A stretch of DNA of 64,000 nucleotides from an uncultured delta proteobacterium (GTDB lineage Bacteria; Desulfobacterota; Desulfobaccia; Desulfobaccales; 0-14-0-80-60-11): contig OY969108.1 of the NCBI GenBank assembly GCA_963697965.1, positions 2,365,326-2,429,325 on the forward strand. The letters run 5' to 3'. Position numbers and translations under genes: made by a program. Positions 58,056 through 64,000 of this stretch are shown here, piece after piece. How positions within the stretch are numbered: position 1 is the first letter of the stretch; every line of letters starts with the position of its first letter. Under the pieces are notes generated by a model that was not told the DNA's origin, did no database searches, and saw only the letters and a list, made by a program, of their open reading frames with translations.

Positions 58056-59144
58056 TTGCATCTGGGCCTGGTGCTTTATGGCGGACTTGACCTGGTCTCC
58101 GGAGGTTTCCTCTATGACCGGCAACTGGTCCGGCATTTCGAGAGCCGGGGGGACGAAGTCGAAGTCATCTCCATTCCCTGGCGCGCCTACGGCTGCGGTC
58201 TCGTGGACAACCTCTCGCCGAACCTCGGTGAACGCCTGCGCCGGGCTCACTTTGAGCTGCTGCTCGAAGATGAGCTGGCCCATCCCTCGCTGTTTCTTCT
58301 CAATCGTTGGCTGCGCCGCCGGGTTTCCTATCCCCTGGTAGCCATCGTCCACCATCTTAGGTGCAGCGAAGCCCGGGCCGCCTGGAAAAACCGGCTCTAT
58401 CGGTGGGTGGAAGGCTCTTACCTGGGTTCGGTGGACGGCTTCATTTGCAACAGCCAGACCACCCGGGCTGAGGTGCAGTCCCTGGTGGGGGCGGGCCGGC
58501 CGGTGGTGGTGGCCCCGCCCGGGGGCGATCATCTGCCCGGCAAATTTGCCGCGGCGCAAATTGCCGCCAGGGCCTTAGCCCCGGGACCCTTGAAAATCAT
58601 CGCGGTGGCCAACCTGATCCCTCGGAAAGGTATCCATACCTTGATAAGCGCCCTGGCCAGCCTGCCTCACCACCAATGGCAACTCACGGTGGCAGGCAGT
58701 CTCGATCTGGACAGCCGCTACGCCGCCAGCCTGCGCCGGCAGGCCGATCAGGAGAATATAAGTCCCAGGATAAGCTGGCTGGGTTCGGTGTCCGACCAGG
58801 ATTTGGCCGTGCTGCTTCCCCAGCATCACTTGCTGGCCGTGCCCTCCTTTTACGAAGGTTTCGGCATCGTCTATCTGGAGGCCATGCGCTTCGGCCTGCC
58901 CGTCATTGCCGGAGACGCGGGCGGAGTTCGGGAAATCGTCCGCCACGGGGTGGACGGCTTCCTGACGCCCCCGGGTGACCCCGTGGTCCTGGCCCGGCAC
59001 CTCGCCTCACTGATGCAAGACCGGGAGCTGCTGAGGCGCCTGAGCCTGGCGGCCCTGGCCGGGGCCGCCTCCCATCCCACCTGGGAGGCCAGCGCCGCCC
59101 GGGTGCGGGAATTTCTAGGCGGGTTCAATCGAGCCCATCTTTAA
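58056..59144 (+). CDS. GT4-family (GT-B) glycosyltransferase
   Basis: TTG start directly after the previous stop. C-terminal EGFGIVYLEAMRFGLPVIA motif. Confidence 0.85.
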   Translation: MHLGLVLYGGLDLVSGGFLYDRQLVRHFESRGDEVEVISIPWRAYGCGLVDNLSPNLGERLRRAHFELLLEDELAHPSLFLLNRWLRRRVSYPLVAIVHHLRCSEARAAWKNRLYRWVEGSYLGSVDGFICNSQTTRAEVQSLVGAGRPVVVAPPGGDHLPGKFAAAQIAARALAPGPLKIIAVANLIPRKGIHTLISALASLPHHQWQLTVAGSLDLDSRYAASLRRQADQENISPRISWLGSVSDQDLAVLLPQHHLLAVPSFYEGFGIVYLEAMRFGLPVIAGDAGGVREIVRHGVDGFLTPPGDPVVLARHLASLMQDRELLRRLSLAALAGAASHPTWEASAARVREFLGGFNRAHL

Positions 59145-59147
59145 CCA

Positions 59148-59266
59148 GGGAATTATATATTTGAATCCCCCAATTTTCTTTTGTAGGGGCGGGGTTTCCC
59201 CGCCCAGGGCGGCGAGACGCCGCCCCTACGGCCGTGATGGAATCGGGAGTCGAGTATATAATTCCC
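59148..59266. mobile_element. MITE-like 119-bp element with perfect 12-bp terminal inverted repeats GGGAATTATATA / TATATAATTCCC
   Basis: TIRs lie at 59148-59159 and 59255-59266. The interior carries GTAGGGGCGGGGTTTCCCCGCCC..GCCGCCCCTAC hairpins. The left half is repeated at 27962-28008. Confidence 0.65.
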
Positions 59267-59411
59267 TCTAACCTCGATTATTCGGCGAAAAATGGGACGA
59301 ACGTTTTAGGATTTCTGCAAGATGATAATTAACAGATACAGGGGGCCATTGACTCTAACTCAGCAGGGACGACACGGGCTATTTTGCAAAAACCTGGGGG
59401 GGGGGAATAAG

Positions 59412-61004
59412 ATGCCCAATCCACCTTGCCGCCTGAGTGGGAGATCGCTTGGGAATACCCGCTTTCGCCAATACCTCGCCCTCCTGGTCGCTTGCATTTA
59501 CTGTTTGGCTGCCGGGGCCCTCCCCGTTGGCGCTCAGAAAAGCACTGCGAATCCCCGGCCGCTGCTCCTTTCGCCTACAGGCCCGCCGAGACCATTGCCG
59601 GCCCACCTGATGGGCGCTTCGGTGGCGCCCTTCTACGAACCTTTGCTGAATAATTCCGGGAAGATTGACCTTCTCAGGCAGATGCATCTGGCGTTTGTCA
59701 GGTTTCCCGGCGGTTCCGACGCCAATTACTACCACTGGCGGACCGGGCTGTTCTCCATCGAGGTTTTTCCCAATAGCTCCACTTACACCCGCTTTTGGGC
59801 AAAGGTCATGCCCAACATCCGGCGCCGTTTCCCGGACGGAATTTCTCTGGAACAATTTCGCCAATGCGCGGATGCCATCGGCGCCCAGGTGGTGTTGGTG
59901 CCGAATCTGGAGACCTCCAGTATCGCCAGTCAGAGGGCCTGGTTCGAGCACATGCGCCAGGATGGAAGCCTGCCAACCCACATCGAGATGGGCAATGAAT
60001 TCTGGGTAGCCATGGGCAACGATCCCAACGTGATTAATAAATGGCCGGATGAACCTCAGACCATGCGCACCACCTGGGAATATCTAAAAGCATTGCGGCC
60101 ATCTTTCTTGCCGGGGACCAAAGTCGCCATTCAATCTGCGGCCAGCGCCTTCAGGATTGCGGGATACCCAAGAATGCCGTTGGGGCGGCGGTTACAATAC
60201 TGGGATGAGAACCTCAAGCCGGAGCCGTGGTTCGATGCGGTGACCCTGCATCTCTATCCGCGCCTGAAACAGGTTCTGGGGCGGGCCGCGGAGAGCGCGC
60301 CGGCAGAATTGAAATTTCGGGCGATGATGGCCCGGGTGGACTCTGGGGTGGAAAGAGTGCTGCAGGACACCGAACGGCGGCTGCCAGGCAAGGAAATCTG
60401 GATTACCGAGTGGAACCCGCGGGGGGTGGACCACACCCAGCCTGATCCGTTTAGCGCCGCCGAAAACATGCATCTGGTAACGAAAATGACGTTGGCTTAT
60501 CTCCGTCATCCTGCGGTGACCATGTCGCTCTTCTTTATGTTGAGTTTCGACGGCAGCCGCTACAACAAGCTCTTCCTGCGTGGAAACGATGGCGCCTATG
60601 TGCCGACCCCTGCCGCCGTGGTTCTCCGCTGGTTTGATGAGGCAGCCAATGGCGGCAGCTCCTATCAGGGTTATCTCGAACCAGGTGGCAGTCGGATCAG
60701 CGGCGGCGGACTTTGGCCAGAGGACTTCCTCCCCCTTGAGGGGGCGCGGTTCCGCGCCAGGGACCACACCACCTTCATCATCCAAAATGCCACTTCCGAG
60801 TCCCGGACGTTCGATTTGACGCAAATCGCTGGAAACGCCCCTCTTATCAGCAGCTACAGGCTGGCTACCCCGGAATTGTACGACCGGTCCCAGGCGGCGG
60901 CCGTCCCGCAACGGATCGGCCCATCCTCCGGACCCTTATTAATTCCGGCGTACTCCATCTGCCGCTTGATCTTTGCGGCCGCGCCTCAAGGGCAAACGAG
61001 ATAA
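59412..61004 (+). CDS. Secreted clan GH-A-like (TIM-barrel) glycoside hydrolase (GH79/GH51-like, tentative)
   Basis: Signal peptide from ATG 59412. RFPGGSDANYYHW, acid/base-like EMGNEFW and nucleophile-like IWITEWN. Confidence 0.5.
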   Translation: MPNPPCRLSGRSLGNTRFRQYLALLVACIYCLAAGALPVGAQKSTANPRPLLLSPTGPPRPLPAHLMGASVAPFYEPLLNNSGKIDLLRQMHLAFVRFPGGSDANYYHWRTGLFSIEVFPNSSTYTRFWAKVMPNIRRRFPDGISLEQFRQCADAIGAQVVLVPNLETSSIASQRAWFEHMRQDGSLPTHIEMGNEFWVAMGNDPNVINKWPDEPQTMRTTWEYLKALRPSFLPGTKVAIQSAASAFRIAGYPRMPLGRRLQYWDENLKPEPWFDAVTLHLYPRLKQVLGRAAESAPAELKFRAMMARVDSGVERVLQDTERRLPGKEIWITEWNPRGVDHTQPDPFSAAENMHLVTKMTLAYLRHPAVTMSLFFMLSFDGSRYNKLFLRGNDGAYVPTPAAVVLRWFDEAANGGSSYQGYLEPGGSRISGGGLWPEDFLPLEGARFRARDHTTFIIQNATSESRTFDLTQIAGNAPLISSYRLATPELYDRSQAAAVPQRIGPSSGPLLIPAYSICRLIFAAAPQGQTR

Positions 61005-61043
61005 ATAAACCACCCATCAATGAAATAAAAAGGAGGTAGAGAG

Positions 61044-61451
61044 ATGTTGGGAAAAAAGATTCTGGCGTGTATCTTCGCCTTGATTATTCTTTTGAAACTG
61101 GTGTTCGTGGTTGCCAGCCCACAGCAATGGATGGGCTTTGCCTCGGGGTTCCTGGAGCACCAGGTGCTGGCCATGGCAATCTTTCTAATTTTTATAGCAA
61201 TAACCGGCTACTATATCTTTTCGAGCCTGGATCTGATTGATATAGCTCTGGTTTTGTTTTTTAGCTCAATGCTGTTCGGTCTTGCTTTTATCCCTTATTC
61301 AGCCATGTTTATCTCGTTAAACCAGCAAATAATGGCCAGCGGCATGGGCAAGGCCTGGCTGGCGATAGTAATTTGGGCAGCCCTGGCTGTAGCCATACTC
61401 TTCAGGGTGTTCTCCAAGGAGCGGGGGACGGCCGATGGACCGCGAGCCTGA
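61044..61451 (+). CDS. Hypothetical 4-TM membrane protein
   Basis: 135-aa hydrophobic ORF with RBS AAAGGAGG. Lower G+C than its neighbours. Confidence 0.5.
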   Translation: MLGKKILACIFALIILLKLVFVVASPQQWMGFASGFLEHQVLAMAIFLIFIAITGYYIFSSLDLIDIALVLFFSSMLFGLAFIPYSAMFISLNQQIMASGMGKAWLAIVIWAALAVAILFRVFSKERGTADGPRA

Positions 61452-62382
61452 GGAATACAGCTTCAGTCGCTATCTGGCCGCCAAAGCCGGGCTGGACGAC
61501 CGCTCCCTGAACCGGCAGGTCCGGGAGGCCCTGGCCGGCCGTTTCCGGGAGCGAGGGAAACCGTCTCCCTTCCGGGTGCTGGAGGTGGGCTGCGGCATCG
61601 GTACCATGCTGGAGCGCCTCCTGGACTGGCGGCTGCTCGATCTTTCTTCAGGGGACTTTGCTTACACCGGCATCGACCTTGAAGCCGGGCTCCTCGACGC
61701 AGCCCGGGCCCGTTACCAAAACTATGTTGCGGCCCGGGGAGCCGCCCCGGACCGCGAGAGCGGCTGTCTCCCGGATTGCCAGGGGCCGCGGCCGCTTGCC
61801 AAAATTGCCGTCACCTTCGAAGCACTCGACCTGTTCCGATTCCTGGCCCGGGAGCAGGACCGCCGCCGCTGGGACCTCATCGTCGCCCATGCCTTTTTGG
61901 ACCTGGTGGACCTTGAGACCACGCTGCCCGGCCTGCTAAGTTTGCTGGCCCCCGGGGGCTGTTTCTATTTCACCCTCAACTTCGATGGGACCACCCTCTT
62001 TGAGCCGGTTATCGACCCGGAACTGGACCGGCTCATCGAAGCCCGCTACCACCATTCCATGGACCAGCGCCGGGTCCGGGGCCGGCCCTCGGGCAGCAGC
62101 CAAACCGGCCGCCGGCTCTTTGCCCAGCTCGCAGCCGCCGGGGGCACGGTGCTGGCCGCCGGCGCCTCCGATTGGCTGGTCTTTCCCGGTCCGGACGGCT
62201 ATCCCGGGGACGAGGCCTACTTTCTTAGCTTTATCCTGTACACCGTGGAGCAGGCCCTGGAAGGCGACCCCTTGCTGCCGGCCGCAGATTTCCAGGATTG
62301 GCTGGCGCACCGCCGGCAGCAGGTAGAGCGGCGGCAACTCGTTTATCGGGCCAGCCAGCTCGATTTCTTTGGTCAAGTCTAG
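61435..62382 (+). CDS. Class I SAM-dependent methyltransferase
   Basis: Motif I VLEVGCGIGTMLERL. Post-I and motif II-like regions (YTGIDL, DLIVAHAFLD). Confidence 0.8.
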   Translation: MDREPEEYSFSRYLAAKAGLDDRSLNRQVREALAGRFRERGKPSPFRVLEVGCGIGTMLERLLDWRLLDLSSGDFAYTGIDLEAGLLDAARARYQNYVAARGAAPDRESGCLPDCQGPRPLAKIAVTFEALDLFRFLAREQDRRRWDLIVAHAFLDLVDLETTLPGLLSLLAPGGCFYFTLNFDGTTLFEPVIDPELDRLIEARYHHSMDQRRVRGRPSGSSQTGRRLFAQLAAAGGTVLAAGASDWLVFPGPDGYPGDEAYFLSFILYTVEQALEGDPLLPAADFQDWLAHRRQQVERRQLVYRASQLDFFGQV

Positions 62383-62412
62383 ATTCAGTAGGAGCGACCC
62401 GCTGGGTCGCCC

Positions 62413-62487
62413 GGTTTCGAGTTTTAGGTTTTAGGTTTTTGTTTTTTGTTTTGCCTTTTTACTTTTTACTTTTTACTTTTTACTTTC
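62413..62487 (+). repeat. Compound tandem-repeat block (GTTTTAG)2 (GTTTTTT)2 (ACTTTTT)4
   Basis: Read directly. Preceded by REP hairpin GTAGGAGCGACCCGCTGGGTCGCCC (62388-62412). Followed by a GAAAACYG-type array at 62531-62562. Confidence 0.9.
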
Positions 62488-62506
62488 TATTATCCCGGAC
62501 CCAAAA

Positions 62507-63166
62507 ATGGAATCGGTCTCCATACGAAAAATCCGAAAACCGAAAGGCGAAAACTGGAAACCGTCCCTCATCATTTATGACTGCGACGGGGTCCTCATCG
62601 ATTCCCGCCGGGCCAACCATGCCTTTTTCAACCACATCCTGGCCCATTTCGGCCGGCCGCCCCTGACCCCGGAGCAGATGGACCTGGTCCACGCCGCCAC
62701 CGCCCAGGAAACCATCAGCTATCTCTTCCGGGGCGCCGCCACTCTCGCCCAGGCCCAGGATTACCAGCGCCGCCTGGATAACGGCCCCTTCCTGTCCTTG
62801 ATCGATATGGAGCCCCACATCCGTGAGGTCCTGGCGCAGTTGCATCCATCGGTCCACCTGGCGGTCGCCAGCAACCGGGGCAAGAGCCTGGTCCCGGTGC
62901 TCCAGGCCCTGGGCCTGGACGGTTTTTTCGAGCTGATGGTGGGATCATCAATGGTCAGCCGGCCCAAGCCGCACCCCGAATGCCTCCGGAAAATCCTGGA
63001 CTATTTCCGGGTGGCGCCGGAGGAGGCCCTGTACATCGGGGACTCCGAGGTGGACCGGCTGTTAGCCGAGGCGGCCGGGGTGCCTCTGGCAGCCTACAAG
63101 AACCCCGGCCTCCATGCCCGTTATCATCTCCGGGATCATAGGGAACTGCTCCCGTTGCTGGCCTGA
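62507..63166 (+). CDS. HAD-superfamily hydrolase (phosphoglycolate phosphatase-like, subfamily IA)
   Basis: Motif I IIYDCDGVLIDS, motif II ASNR and motif IV YIGDSEVD. The first approximately 16 codons are encoded by simple repeats, so the N-terminus is uncertain. Confidence 0.8.
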   Translation: MESVSIRKIRKPKGENWKPSLIIYDCDGVLIDSRRANHAFFNHILAHFGRPPLTPEQMDLVHAATAQETISYLFRGAATLAQAQDYQRRLDNGPFLSLIDMEPHIREVLAQLHPSVHLAVASNRGKSLVPVLQALGLDGFFELMVGSSMVSRPKPHPECLRKILDYFRVAPEEALYIGDSEVDRLLAEAAGVPLAAYKNPGLHARYHLRDHRELLPLLA

Positions 63167-63390
63167 CCACCGTTCAAAGATGAGCCTGCCAGCGGGCCTC
63201 TGCGGTTGCTGCCTCCCCAGGCGGGAGCCCGGGAGCGAAACTGACCCTGCTCAAAATGCCGAATTGTTTACCGAAGATAAACCACTCCGCCGCTTCGCGG
63301 GCGCATTGACTTTGAAGAATTCATTTTTATCTTTTTATTTAGAAGGTTATTTAAAACGGCCCTTGGGGCCATGGAAGGAGGAGAGCGACC

Positions 63391-63684
63391 ATGAAAGCGG
63401 GCATCATTTTCACCGGTTCCGGTCCCATTCTGGTATTGACCTCCTATGCCTCCTTTACCGGGGCAAAATTTGCGGAAAAGATGAAGGCCAAGGGAATTCA
63501 GAAGTACATGGGATATGAGGTGCCCCTGGAACTATGCCAGAAGCGCTACGGCGAGCATTATCCGGTGGTCCTGGGTGACCTGCGCCAAACCGACGACCTG
63601 CGGGTGCTCGATTACGACGGCCACCACATTTTCCTCACCTTCTCTTTTAAGGAATTGGGGAAGCAATTTATCCACGAGCCCTAA
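63391..63684 (+). CDS. Small conserved-looking hypothetical protein (97 aa)
   Basis: Strong RBS GGAAGGAGGAG and coding-like composition. No motif recognised. Confidence 0.5.
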   Translation: MKAGIIFTGSGPILVLTSYASFTGAKFAEKMKAKGIQKYMGYEVPLELCQKRYGEHYPVVLGDLRQTDDLRVLDYDGHHIFLTFSFKELGKQFIHEP

Positions 63685-63764
63685 ACCGCCTGGCCAGCCG
63701 GCGGCCGGCATCTCCGGGAGCCTCGAGCGGGCGTTTGGCCTCACCCCGGAAAAGCAGCTGCCGG

Positions 63765-64000
63765 CTATTCGATATTATAGCGCTTCAACTTCTCCCGCAG
63801 GGTCTTACGGTCGATCCCCAGGGCCCGAGCGGTTTCGCTCTTATGCCCTTCACAACGCTGCAAGGTGTAGAGGATGTGGTCCCGCTCCAGGTCCTTCAGG
63901 GATCCCGCCCCGGATTCCATCCCCGGCGACAGGATGGTTCCGGCAAAGGAGAGATCGGCGGGCTCCAGGTAAGGCCCGGTGCTCAATACCACCAGCCGCT
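63765..64000 (-). CDS. Sigma-54-dependent (NtrC/Fis-type) transcriptional activator, C-terminal fragment; the gene continues past the window end
   Basis: Fis-type HTH_8 terminus LERDHILYTLQRCEGHKSETARALGIDRKTLREKLKRYNIE. The reading frame is open to position 64000. Confidence 0.8.
   Translation of the reverse strand, partial: RLVVLSTGPYLEPADLSFAGTILSPGMESGAGSLKDLERDHILYTLQRCEGHKSETARALGIDRKTLREKLKRYNIE

Overview
High-G+C bacterial chromosomal segment with about 65 protein genes and no rRNA, tRNA or CRISPR that I could find. The gene content suggests an anaerobic Desulfobacterota- or Thermodesulfobacteriota-like organism, but this lineage guess is tentative. Supporting content includes hypFCDE, a Rieske/cytochrome b complex with multihaem cytochromes, CcsBA, sigma-54/Fis regulators and many REC/His-kinase genes.

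Gene order, left to right:
- A DUF422-like membrane protein and a phosphorylase.
- A four-gene two-component cluster.
- hypF-hypC-hypD-hypE.
- An opposite-strand Fe-S module (TusA-like, NifS-like, Rrf2, IscU-like).
- A cytochrome c / Rieske / cytochrome b / pentahaem c operon.
- A YbhGFSR-like HlyD plus ABC-2 exporter.
- A 797-aa GAF protein, then PEBP, DUF488 and USP genes.
- A GcvH-like gene followed by ccsB and ccsA.
- LD-carboxypeptidase, a GT39-like transferase, an aminotransferase, ilvA and a HIT protein.
- A 1.2-kb polypurine tract.
- pabA-pabB-pabC.
- Two tandem small paralogues, a metallophosphoesterase and a NUDIX hydrolase.
- An EF-G paralogue and ndk.
- A lower-G+C stretch with several frame-disrupted genes and a transposase relic.
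- A RibD_C / MDR dehydrogenase / PTPS-like / GT4 / (glycoside hydrolase) / methyltransferase / HAD cluster.

Most interesting observations:
1. The Fe-S module is bracketed by 58-bp direct repeats derived from the 3' end of hypE. Its NifS homologue lacks the PLP-binding lysine.
2. A roughly 1.2-kb tract between convergent genes is about 90% purine on the + strand and includes an A17 run.
3. Intergenic spacers are unusually dense with 6-8-nt tandem repeats, hairpin repeats and MITE-like elements, some of them inside operons.
4. There is an uncharacterised pterin-like/glycosyl cluster.
5. Several frameshifts lie at short homopolymers. They could be real gene decay or assembly indels.

All family calls come from motif recognition by eye and memory. 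No searches were run.
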